A DNA stretch of 64,000 bases from a phage: sequence record PZ445527.1; one strand, 5' to 3'. The notes beneath the pieces were generated by a model. It was given only the letters and a program-made list of their open reading frames with translations, was not told the DNA's origin and made no database searches. Shown here in pieces: positions 8,711 to 16,236 of this stretch (position 1 is its first letter; each line of letters opens with the position of its first letter). Both the position numbers and the translations under genes were made by a program.

Positions 8711-9463
8711 TTATCCAACTAGTGGTTCTAGCTCTAAGTCACAGAAGTTATACACTTCTAGTTTAAGGTTATTGATACCATCGAATTTATTAACTAATTC
8801 ATGAGTAATATATTTTGCAGGAATACCACTTTCAGATGGATGATCTGATTTAATAGTGAACTTCTGCTCAGCGGGCACTACATTTACTAGTAAAGAATCC
8901 ATATCTAAATGGTTTGTTTCTCTGAGTAACTCTCCTTCATTGGGGAATCTCACATCTGTTATTACGGCGACATCTGGGTCGTCTTTAGCGATGGATTGCT
9001 CCAGAATTATGAGCCAAATGCGTTCATGTACTAGCTGCCTTCCTAGCTCTGTTCCTACGAGCTGTAACATTTTTCTCGGAGAAATAAATAAACTATAAAG
9101 TCCATCTTCTTTATTCTCTGAGATAAGTTGTTGAGGATTAAGATATTTTTCCTCAAAAATAGGCCAAACGTACGAGAAGTCCTCAAACTTATCGATACCA
9201 TATTTAAACCATACGTCTCTAGCTCGCTCCAATTGATATTGTGTGACCGTAAACCATTGGTCAATCTCTTTCCCCCTGCGCTCTCCTAGAAACTCTGGAG
9301 TTACCCCGAGGATTACGGATGCAAGCTCATAAACTGGTTTAGCAAAACTGTAACGACGTGGTAAACACGTTGGATACGTGTCATTACACCAATCGATAAT
9401 TAATTTTGCAACGGTATCTTTTCCTGCACCTGCCTCGCCATGTAAACCTACTAATACTGACAT
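8711..9463 (-). CDS. dnk: deoxynucleoside-5'-monophosphate kinase
   Basis: 250 aa with P-loop GEAGAGKDT. Size and position match the T5 dNMP kinase. Confidence 0.8.
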   Translation of the reverse strand: MSVLVGLHGEAGAGKDTVAKLIIDWCNDTYPTCLPRRYSFAKPVYELASVILGVTPEFLGERRGKEIDQWFTVTQYQLERARDVWFKYGIDKFEDFSYVWPIFEEKYLNPQQLISENKEDGLYSLFISPRKMLQLVGTELGRQLVHERIWLIILEQSIAKDDPDVAVITDVRFPNEGELLRETNHLDMDSLLVNVVPAEQKFTIKSDHPSESGIPAKYITHELVNKFDGINNLKLEVYNFCDLELEPLVG

Positions 9464-9816
9464 TAATCTTTCCTATTGTTAATGGGTGGATAGTAAATTA
9501 AGCAACGTTTTTCTTGTAAATCTTGGCGATAGAAGCAAACCATACTAGTCAATCGTGAGATATATGAATATTCTGCCTCCCGACATTTTGCTAACATATT
9601 CCAATCTTTATATGGTACAACAACTACTACACCATCTTCGCCATTTGTAGCTAATTTCTTTTCGAATTTGAAATCAAAGCTACAAGGCTGAAGTCCTTTA
9701 GGCCAATCTACATGAGCTGTTGGTAGCTCATGTGTAGGTTCTGGCTTTACTTCTTGTGCACAGCCTGTGATTGTGATTGCGGCTGTGAGCAGTATTCCAC
9801 ACTTCCAGTTAAACAT
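9463..9816 (-). CDS. outer-membrane lipoprotein, candidate o-spanin (117 aa)
   Basis: Signal peptide plus lipobox LLTAAITITG|C. The start is embedded in the 3' end of the upstream TM/coiled-coil ORF. Confidence 0.5.
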   Translation of the reverse strand: MFNWKCGILLTAAITITGCAQEVKPEPTHELPTAHVDWPKGLQPCSFDFKFEKKLATNGEDGVVVVVPYKDWNMLAKCREAEYSYISRLTSMVCFYRQDLQEKRCLIYYPPINNRKD

Positions 9817-10190
9817 GCTAATCTTTCCTCGAACTCCTTACTCTGCTTTTTAGCAATTAATGTAACCAATCCAGGCTTTGCAGCTATAATATCTTGACGA
9901 CTAAGTGCTTTATCAAGCTGGGAGATCTTCTTATCAAGATCTTGTTGGGAAATATTATGGAAAGTGAAATATTGATTCATACGTGTTTCACGTTGTTCAC
10001 TTTCAACTTTAATCTTGTTTAAGGAAGTTTCTAGAGTAGAGATCTTTTTAGTAGCTACTGCAAGATCACCTGATAGAGTCTCAACCTTATTAACTAAGTG
10101 ATAAGCACCGAATCCGATGCCTATCGCTAGACCTGCTCCCAGGATATACCATTTACCTTGCCATAGAGAACTAATAAAGTTTTTTATCAT
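9747..10190 (-). CDS. type II membrane coiled-coil protein, candidate i-spanin (147 aa)
   Basis: N-terminal TM helix (WYILGAGLAIGIGFGAYHLV) followed by a heptad-rich periplasmic domain. It overlaps the lipoprotein ORF by 70 nt. Confidence 0.5.
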   Translation of the reverse strand: MIKNFISSLWQGKWYILGAGLAIGIGFGAYHLVNKVETLSGDLAVATKKISTLETSLNKIKVESEQRETRMNQYFTFHNISQQDLDKKISQLDKALSRQDIIAAKPGLVTLIAKKQSKEFEERLACLTGSVEYCSQPQSQSQAVHKK

Positions 10191-10867
10191 CTTTTCATAT
10201 TCCTGAATGACGTAACCGTATCAAATCCATGTGCTGCTAGGCGGTCTTTATCAGAAGTGGTAATAATATCTGGTTCTCCTGTTCCAAGTACACCCCAAAT
10301 ATACTGCTCGATTCTTTGGTGCAGCCGATATAGGTTAGGTTCCACACTCTGCCACGGAATACCTGATAGGTGTAGACGCGGATTAGTTATAACCTTGAAG
10401 TATTTATTGTTATCTTTATCATTTGGAACTAATGAATCTAGAACTGCTAACGGTACTCTTAACTCAGTTAAGGCTTCTTCAGCTTTGGGGGTAACTTCTT
10501 CTTGCCATGCTAAGATAGACTCTTTTGGCTTCCCCCTATTTATGTCTAGCAAAGAAAACCCTGTTGACCATCCCTTCTCCTCCAAAATTTCTAACGCCTC
10601 GTCCAAACTGAAGGTTTTTACTTGGGTATCCAGTACATCAATGTGGTATAACCAGTAAATCTCCCCAGCTAGGAAGAAAGGCAAAATTTTAAAGTAGCCA
10701 ATCTTTCCCTCAATACGAGCAATCCTACGTTCTTGCATGATCATATAGTTGTCATCATCTGGGGCTTTTATTGTTAGCTCTTCAGTTTTACGTTCCCAAA
10801 CGCGATCGGGGTCGAACAAACTGTTCTGCAAATCATACACATCTACGAATTTAGAGATGATTCTCAT
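10187..10867 (-). CDS. hypothetical protein (226 aa)
   Basis: First ORF after promoter 10899..10927, with RBS AAGAGGA. Confidence 0.6.
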   Translation of the reverse strand: MRIISKFVDVYDLQNSLFDPDRVWERKTEELTIKAPDDDNYMIMQERRIARIEGKIGYFKILPFFLAGEIYWLYHIDVLDTQVKTFSLDEALEILEEKGWSTGFSLLDINRGKPKESILAWQEEVTPKAEEALTELRVPLAVLDSLVPNDKDNNKYFKVITNPRLHLSGIPWQSVEPNLYRLHQRIEQYIWGVLGTGEPDIITTSDKDRLAAHGFDTVTSFRNMKR

Positions 10868-10898
10868 ATTTAATCCTCTTGCCTCAATCTATGAATAT

Positions 10899-10927
10899 AT
10901 TATACAAAAGTTTGGGCATCTATGCAA
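10899..10927 (-). promoter_or_regulatory. T5-type early promoter (TTGCAT-17-TATAAT)
   Basis: Hexamers and 17-nt spacer read directly. Confidence 0.7.
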
Positions 10928-10941
10928 CTAAAATTTTATTA

Positions 10942-10978
10942 CAAAAATAGCCCAGTCGCAAAAGTGCAGGCTGGGCTT
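10942..10978 (-). terminator. rho-independent terminator
   Basis: AGCCCAG-15 nt-CTGGGCT stem followed by ATTTTTG on the minus strand. Confidence 0.65.
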
Positions 10979-11021
10979 TGTCATTATTTGCTTTTGCTAG
11001 TAAGTTGACTTAGTGTCAATC

Positions 11022-11366
11022 TTATGTAATATTAGTTTCTCTAGCTTTGCGTAGTACCCCTGCATTTCTCCATAACTTAATATCGTCTACTGTTTCTTTA
11101 TAAGGAGCTATGGTAAAACCTAGTGGGCCAGCACTAAATAATCCTAAGAATCCTATTGCACGCATATAGAATAAACATTCTTCGCCTGTCATTTCTTCAA
11201 CTGCTTTTCTTTGTTTTTCGTTTTCAAACTCGTGATCCTTGTTGTCTATACGAAGGTGTTTAATGAACCATTCAGCAGAATATTCATCTAAGTGTCTAAG
11301 TATGGCTACTGCATACCCAGCACCAATTAAAAACCAAGTGGTAACAAGAATTAATACTATAGTCAT
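11022..11366 (-). CDS. membrane protein (114 aa from ATG 11366; the ORF is open to 11402)
   Basis: GGAG plus 5 nt plus ATG at 11366. N-terminal TM helix IVLILVTTWFLIGAGYAVAIL. Confidence 0.55.
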   Translation of the reverse strand: MTIVLILVTTWFLIGAGYAVAILRHLDEYSAEWFIKHLRIDNKDHEFENEKQRKAVEEMTGEECLFYMRAIGFLGLFSAGPLGFTIAPYKETVDDIKLWRNAGVLRKARETNIT

Positions 11367-11476
11367 ATCATCTCCAGTTAAGGTCAGCGACCAACTCACC
11401 ACTTACCGCACTAAGGGGCACGACTCCCTTATCCGTAACAGTTGCAGGTGACGCAACTCGGTCCTACGCGAGTTCT

Positions 11477-11761
11477 TTAAGTATTCTGCATTTCTGCTTT
11501 AAATTTTCTCATATTACGGGTTTTTCGGTAATAGAAAAATACAGATGTTGGGCCTAAAAGAATGTCTATAATAAATATTGCAGATCTAGCACACCTGAGC
11601 AACGTTTTATCATCAAGAGGTGCTAGGTCTGATGGACGTGTTTTATGTACAACATATAAGATCACATCTTTATTCTTGGAGATGAATAAATCATCTATTA
11701 GACTATAAATAGCAACCACAGAGCCGATGACGAACCAAAGAGCAAATGGAGAAACAATCAT
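11477..11761 (-). CDS. membrane protein (94 aa)
   Basis: Two hydrophobic helices; ATGA overlap with the upstream ORF. Confidence 0.55.
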   Translation of the reverse strand: MIVSPFALWFVIGSVVAIYSLIDDLFISKNKDVILYVVHKTRPSDLAPLDDKTLLRCARSAIFIIDILLGPTSVFFYYRKTRNMRKFKAEMQNT

Positions 11762-12054
11762 TTCAGATCCTTTTCATTAATTAAAATATTTGTAAATAAT
11801 GGAGTATTTCCTAAACTCATAGTAGGTCCAAATGTTTTCATAGCTACCCATAACTGCATAGTAATCATGCCATCTTTAATTTCTGGATCTTTATACTCCT
11901 CGATACGTTTTTTAGCAAAGGCAACTACATCTGGAGTGCTGCCATTCTTTATAACATGATCATGCCAAAATTGTGCATCCTCACTACGCAGGAATGTTAA
12001 GATGTCCTTAGTTGCTGGAATCTGCACTGTGCTATTGATGTTTAGCTTTTTCAC
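11758..12054 (-). CDS. hypothetical protein (98 aa)
   Basis: Minus-strand ORF in an overlapping chain. Confidence 0.55.
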   Translation of the reverse strand: MKKLNINSTVQIPATKDILTFLRSEDAQFWHDHVIKNGSTPDVVAFAKKRIEEYKDPEIKDGMITMQLWVAMKTFGPTMSLGNTPLFTNILINEKDLK

Positions 12055-12451
12055 GTTCTTCTCTCCGACGTTTGCATTCTTTCATCATATGAGCTGCTAC
12101 TACTTCATGGTAGTAGTCATTAATGTTATCTTCTGGCAAGAAATGCTTAATAGTCTCTAGCTGACAAATAACTCGATGAAGATGATTATTTGGTAGACAC
12201 AATTTCATACCTGCAACAAATCCAGAGAAGCCTGGAACACTGAACATGGGTTGGGCTTCTACTCTACCTTCAGAGTTGATATTAAGCTCAATTGAGATAC
12301 CCATTTTCATGCTATAAAGCTGGCAGTATTCCCCATTACCAGATCTTGACCAAATAGTGAAGTCTTCATCAATTTGATCTTGGATTTCTGTAATTGCAAA
12401 TTTAATTCTAGGATCTAAATTATTCATCTTCACCTTCAAAGTCGCAATCAT
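12032..12451 (-). CDS. hypothetical protein (139 aa)
   Basis: Minus-strand ORF in an overlapping chain. Confidence 0.55.
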   Translation of the reverse strand: MIATLKVKMNNLDPRIKFAITEIQDQIDEDFTIWSRSGNGEYCQLYSMKMGISIELNINSEGRVEAQPMFSVPGFSGFVAGMKLCLPNNHLHRVICQLETIKHFLPEDNINDYYHEVVAAHMMKECKRRREEREKAKHQ

Positions 12452-12722
12452 AACGACAAGTAAAAGAACTAGAGCTATTAGTACGTTGAGTAGTTATCTC
12501 ACCGCGTTTGCTAATGGTAATAGCTGGTGTAGAGAAATTTTTGTTAGTGTATACCTCTACTTTACCATTACGTTCCCTAACATCACGAACTTTACCATAC
12601 TCGGTAATAATACCATTCTGTTGTACCCTAACATTCCCATTTTTCATAAAAACTTTGGTAGATGCTAGAGAACCGAAACTAACTGCTGAAACCATCAGTG
12701 CAATAATAAACTTATTCATCAT
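12420..12722 (-). CDS. secreted protein with signal peptide (about 100 aa)
   Basis: The track ORF extends to 12830 across the upstream gene. ATG 12722 gives MMNKFIIALMVSAVSFGSLAS, a signal peptide. Confidence 0.5.
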   Translation of the reverse strand: MMNKFIIALMVSAVSFGSLASTKVFMKNGNVRVQQNGIITEYGKVRDVRERNGKVEVYTNKNFSTPAITISKRGEITTQRTNSSSSFTCRYDCDFEGEDE

Positions 12723-12993
12723 GGTCTTCCTCATTGCAGTCACGGCATACATCATAATCATTGAAGGAATGTTCGTGGGCTTCACACCACCAAGAACAAG
12801 AATCACAGAGGAATATTTCGGTTTTCTCAAGTGCTTGGCCTAAAAGATCATCAGCTTCCTCAGCAGTAATCTTCAATCCACATACATCTGCCACACGTTC
12901 TTTAATTAAGCGACCTGCCTCATGGTAAGACATACAGGTTCCAACAACACTATGCTCGACAACGTGAATAGCACAGTCTAGACGAGTTTTCAT
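12712..12993 (-). CDS. Cys-rich putative zinc-binding protein (93 aa)
   Basis: First ORF after promoter 13024..13052. Cysteine pairs CDSCSWWC and CRDC. Confidence 0.55.
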   Translation of the reverse strand: MKTRLDCAIHVVEHSVVGTCMSYHEAGRLIKERVADVCGLKITAEEADDLLGQALEKTEIFLCDSCSWWCEAHEHSFNDYDVCRDCNEEDHDE

Positions 12994-13023
12994 TTCAAAC
13001 CTCTCTCATCAATTTATAAATAT

Positions 13024-13052
13024 ATTATAACAAGAAAAGAGAGGTTTAGCAA
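13024..13052 (-). promoter_or_regulatory. T5-type early promoter (TTGCTA-17-TATAAT)
   Basis: Hexamers and spacer read directly; leader ATATTTATAAATTGATGAGAGAGG. Confidence 0.8.
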
Positions 13053-13069
13053 ATGAATTATTTCAGAAA

Positions 13070-13417
13070 TTAGTCGTAGCACCACCATAACCCACGCTTA
13101 CGCATGTCATGATCGCGATTATAGTCGTAATTTTCTGGATCTTTCATCACGCGGTGGAGTTCTTGACGATTCCCTTGACGAACCATTTTATTAGAATGCC
13201 ACTTAACATTCTTACTAATGGAATTCCAGTTATAACCATCCTTTTTCTCATTACGAATGGTTGCTTCCTTCATTTCTTTTTTGATGTCGTCCCAGGATTT
13301 AGCATAAGTAACACGAATCCAGTAGCCATTTTCTTTTAGGAAAGAATATTCTTGAGAGAATTGTTCTTTAGACTTCCACCACTGATCACCAGATTGTTTA
13401 CGATAAGTACGGCTCAT
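13070..13417 (-). CDS. hypothetical basic protein (115 aa)
   Basis: Minus-strand ORF with RBS GGAGGT 6 nt upstream of the ATG. Confidence 0.55.
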   Translation of the reverse strand: MSRTYRKQSGDQWWKSKEQFSQEYSFLKENGYWIRVTYAKSWDDIKKEMKEATIRNEKKDGYNWNSISKNVKWHSNKMVRQGNRQELHRVMKDPENYDYNRDHDMRKRGLWWCYD

Positions 13418-13493
13418 ATTACCTCCATTAAGTCTTTTAAACTAACCTAATGTGGATGAATTTTGTTATACATATATTATGTACCTTTATACA

Positions 13494-13528
13494 GAAAAAC
13501 CCCAGACTACTTATTCAATAGCTGGGGT
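13494..13528 (-). terminator. rho-independent terminator
   Basis: CCCCAG-16 nt-CTGGGG stem followed by TTTTTC on the minus strand. Confidence 0.7.
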
Positions 13529-13538
13529 TTGTTATTAA

Positions 13539-13850
13539 TCACAGATCGGGGCGCTTATCTTCTAAACAGTCCGAGCTAATATCTTCTCCGAATCCTACGA
13601 AGCCATCAAATTCATTTGAAATATCCGTAATCATTGCTTCCATTTTCCTAATCTCCGAGGTTTTCATCCCTGCTTTACTATTCTTAAAGTGTTTGCGAGG
13701 ATTCCCGCACATCCAACAAGAACAGATACAAGGAGTAGTAGTGATAATACCTAACCGTTTAGGGCTTTCTTCATGCGGGAAGACTGTCCAATATTTCTTG
13801 CGGTTGTTCTTCACACGTTGCCGGTGATGACGTCTTAATGCTCGATCCAC
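13539..13850 (-). CDS. hypothetical basic Cys-rich protein (103 aa, GTG start)
   Basis: AGGAG plus 6 nt plus GTG. Arg/Lys-rich N-terminus with a CICSCWMC cluster. Confidence 0.5.
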   Translation of the reverse strand: MDRALRRHHRQRVKNNRKKYWTVFPHEESPKRLGIITTTPCICSCWMCGNPRKHFKNSKAGMKTSEIRKMEAMITDISNEFDGFVGFGEDISSDCLEDKRPDL

Positions 13851-13931
13851 ACATTTCTCCTAAAACTTGGGAGATAAATGGAGTTTGCTCGACTACCTTA
13901 CGTAGTTCGTAGAAACCGTATCCAAGCCCCA

Positions 13932-14300
13932 TTACATCGCCTGAGTAAATGTACGACTAATAACGTCGTTCTGCTGTTCACGCGTCAGTGCGTTAAAACG
14001 CACAGCATAACCAGAAACACGAATGGTTAGCTGAGGATATTTTTCAGGATGTTTCTGAGCATCCAAAAGCTGGTCACGACTTAACACATTGACATTTAGG
14101 TGTTGACCCCCTTCAATTTGAGGGGCGACTTCCACCTTGACTTCACGAAAGGATTCGGGGTCAAAGTGAGGTGTGATACCTTCTAGATCCTCAACTAGAA
14201 CTTTTTGTTTAAGTTCACCATCTTTAGAGTATAATTGAATAATCTGATTATTATGAACAATATTAATTACGCCAGATTTAAGATTTTGATATGCTTTCAT
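13932..14300 (-). CDS. grcA: autonomous glycyl-radical cofactor, GrcA/YfiD-like (122 aa)
   Basis: The C-terminal 60 aa ([57 protein letters not shown]) is near-identical to E. coli GrcA as recalled, including the RVSGYAV glycyl-radical motif. Confidence 0.85.
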   Translation of the reverse strand: MKAYQNLKSGVINIVHNNQIIQLYSKDGELKQKVLVEDLEGITPHFDPESFREVKVEVAPQIEGGQHLNVNVLSRDQLLDAQKHPEKYPQLTIRVSGYAVRFNALTREQQNDVISRTFTQAM

Positions 14301-14665
14301 TAGATCTCCCTGATGTTAGAATTTGGCTCAGCTTTTTGTTAACCCAGAAGCAAGATAAAAACTGGAAGGCAGGCTTGCTTTTCTCTTAACCACTAGGCTA
14401 CTTTTGGGTGCTAGCATTCCGGTGAGATTGATGGTCTCGGTTAAGAAGAAAAACACGGGACTTCTGTTTTAACGTCGTGCTCCCGGATTGATGCGACTAC
14501 GTGATTGCTCGCGCTAAGACAATGGCTATCTAAAGTCTTAGCTTCTACATTTATACTCCTGGATAGCATGGAGTTGCAGTCTACTTCCTGCTGTCACGCC
14601 CGGTCATTTATAGAATGTGGACTCTCTTCTCAGCAAGTTCTGGCACTATGGCCTGATCTTCTGTT

Positions 14666-14740
14666 TGGTAGTTAGTAGTGGAATCGAACCAGGTTCCACG
14701 GTTTACAAGACCGTTGCATCGCCAGCAATGCTTTAAGAGC
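14666..14740 (-). tRNA. aberrant tRNA-Thr(UGU)-like gene (probable chimera or pseudogene)
   Basis: Good D arm (GCAT/ATGC), anticodon arm (ACGGT-CTTGTAA-ACCGT) and GGTTCGATTCC box. The 3' T-stem and acceptor strands do not pair with the 5' half. Confidence 0.35.
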
Positions 14741-15132
14741 TATCGTTGTCTTGTTGAAACTCTATTTCTGGCCCTATGCGTAGAGGTCATAGAGTGGCAG
14801 TTAGGGCAGAGAATCTTTAGATTTTCTGGAGAACAGTTAGTTGCATCTCCATCTATATGATCTACCTCAGTTAAAACTGCTCCGTCAATTGGATGTTTCC
14901 CATCCCAACCACATACTTCACAAGCAGTACCACGAGTATCCCACAGCCACTTCCTAACAAAAGGTTTTAATTGTGCAGCTTTACCAGTATAACCAGGTTC
15001 TTCACCTGCCAGCCACTTTAATACTTTTTGCTTTGTCTGGTACTCCTGCTGACAAGCAGGACCACAATACTTACCTGCGGAACCTCTACTTTTAGGTTTT
15101 GTGATTCCGCAATTTAAACAAGTAAACTCCAT
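14740..15132 (-). CDS. HNH endonuclease (130 aa)
   Basis: C-terminal HNH motif VDHIDGDATNCSPENLKILCPNCH plus N-terminal Cys4 pairs. The stop codon abuts the tRNA-like gene. Confidence 0.8.
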   Translation of the reverse strand: MEFTCLNCGITKPKSRGSAGKYCGPACQQEYQTKQKVLKWLAGEEPGYTGKAAQLKPFVRKWLWDTRGTACEVCGWDGKHPIDGAVLTEVDHIDGDATNCSPENLKILCPNCHSMTSTHRARNRVSTRQR

Positions 15133-15145
15133 GTTGCTTCCTATT

Positions 15146-15304
15146 TCAACGGGATTTCTTTTTCAATAACAAGGGCTTATCAGTCATAACTGTCATTGCC
15201 ATTTGTTGTAGAAATTCAAAGGTGAAGGCTACACGTTCTTCACCAATCTCTACTTCTACACGTTTCTTTTGTTTGTCAACCTTTAATTTTAGGCTATCAG
15301 CCAT
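15146..15304 (-). CDS. hypothetical small protein (52 aa, not in the ORF track)
   Basis: ATGGCTGA overlap with the upstream stop. The frame is open down to the RBS of the HNH gene. Confidence 0.4.
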   Translation of the reverse strand: MADSLKLKVDKQKKRVEVEIGEERVAFTFEFLQQMAMTVMTDKPLLLKKKSR

Positions 15305-15518
15305 CTTCGGATTCTCGTTGCTCGGCTACTGCTAGCCAGTCTGGTAAAAGAAACTTAGTACGAAACTCTTCATACGTTTCTTCTGGATAAAAGCTAAAAC
15401 CCCCTTTCTCATCATTCAAGATAACAGAGCCGTCAGTTTGTTCATATGCTCGATATGTTTCTCCAATAATGATAACTCGCTTATCAGTACTTTTATTACG
15501 AAACTCAAAAACGTGCAT
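15297..15518 (-). CDS. hypothetical protein (73 aa)
   Basis: Minus-strand ORF directly downstream of tRNA-Gly. Confidence 0.5.
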   Translation of the reverse strand: MHVFEFRNKSTDKRVIIIGETYRAYEQTDGSVILNDEKGGFSFYPEETYEEFRTKFLLPDWLAVAEQRESEDG

Positions 15519-15534
15519 AACGTTTCCTTAAAGT

Positions 15535-15610
15535 TGGAGCGGCTAGAGGGAATCGAACCCTACTCAGCGAGGCTTGGAAGGCCTGCGACACAACCCGTGT
15601 GCTTAACCGC
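15535..15610 (-). tRNA. tRNA-Gly(UCC)
   Basis: Manual cloverleaf: acceptor GCGGTTA/TAGCCGC, anticodon loop CTTCCAA, T loop TTCGATT, encoded CCA. One T-stem mismatch and a short D loop. Confidence 0.7.
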
Positions 15611-15618
15611 TTATTGTT

Positions 15619-15692
15619 TGGCAGGGGATATTGGATTTGAACCAATGATCTCGACTTCAAAGGCCGTTGTGCTAACCGTTACACTACTCTCC
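15619..15692 (-). tRNA. tRNA-Gln(UUG)
   Basis: T arm CATTGG-TTCAAAT-CCAAT, anticodon loop CTTTGAA, encoded CCA. The acceptor stem has two A:C mismatches. Confidence 0.55.
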
Positions 15693-15699
15693 AATTGTT

Positions 15700-15775
15700 T
15701 GGCTGGAGTGCCTGATTCAATCCCAGGCACCTTCGGAGTCAGAGGCCGACGACTTGACAATTGATCTACACCTCA
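15700..15775 (-). tRNA. tRNA-Gln(CUG)-like
   Basis: 76 nt fits standard numbering: acceptor TGAGGTG/CACTCCA, anticodon loop CTCTGAC, encoded CCA. The T loop GATTGAA is atypical. Confidence 0.5.
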
Positions 15776-15784
15776 AGAATACTA

Positions 15785-16021
15785 TTAACTAGATGCTGGT
15801 TCTGCTGGCTGAGATACAGCAGGCTGTTCTAATGTATCTGGTGCTGATACAGAGAAAAGAGCTTGTAATGCTGCAATATCACGCTCGTAAGTTTCAATAC
15901 GAGTAGTAAGAGTATCTACCATCTGTTTATGATAGGCTAAGTTATTCTGAGATTCATCTCGAAGGGTTTGCAGTTCTGCAAGACGTGTTAACATAATTTC
16001 ACTAATTAAAGCATTACTCAT
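15785..16021 (-). CDS. hypothetical coiled-coil protein (78 aa)
   Basis: Minus-strand ORF overlapping the upstream ORF by 8 nt. Confidence 0.5.
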   Translation of the reverse strand: MSNALISEIMLTRLAELQTLRDESQNNLAYHKQMVDTLTTRIETYERDIAALQALFSVSAPDTLEQPAVSQPAEPASS

Positions 16022-16211
16022 TTGTTTCTCCTAAATTTTCCGGTTCTTCTAAACGTTTGCCTTCATGATCTACTCGAATAACTCCGCATCCTTCGCAAAT
16101 CACAACTGCACCATAACCTTCTTTGACTTCAGCTTCTGTAATCAAACCAGAAAGATCACCAGTATCTCTGCCCCACATATCAATGGAGCATTGTTTGCAG
16201 AAATCAGCCAT
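16014..16211 (-). CDS. zinc-ribbon protein (65 aa)
   Basis: CxxC...CxxC pairs (CKQC, CEGC). Confidence 0.5.
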   Translation of the reverse strand: MADFCKQCSIDMWGRDTGDLSGLITEAEVKEGYGAVVICEGCGVIRVDHEGKRLEEPENLGETNE

Positions 16212-16236
16212 ATTTTATTTCCTATTTAAGTTAATT

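Noticed and set aside
15438-15764. Plus-strand ORFs lying over tRNA genes (15438..15764, 14678..14860, 17316..17576, 20088..20294, 22387..22569)
   Set aside because: They run antisense through well-folded tRNA genes and lack an RBS, so they are chance ORFs in non-coding RNA regions.
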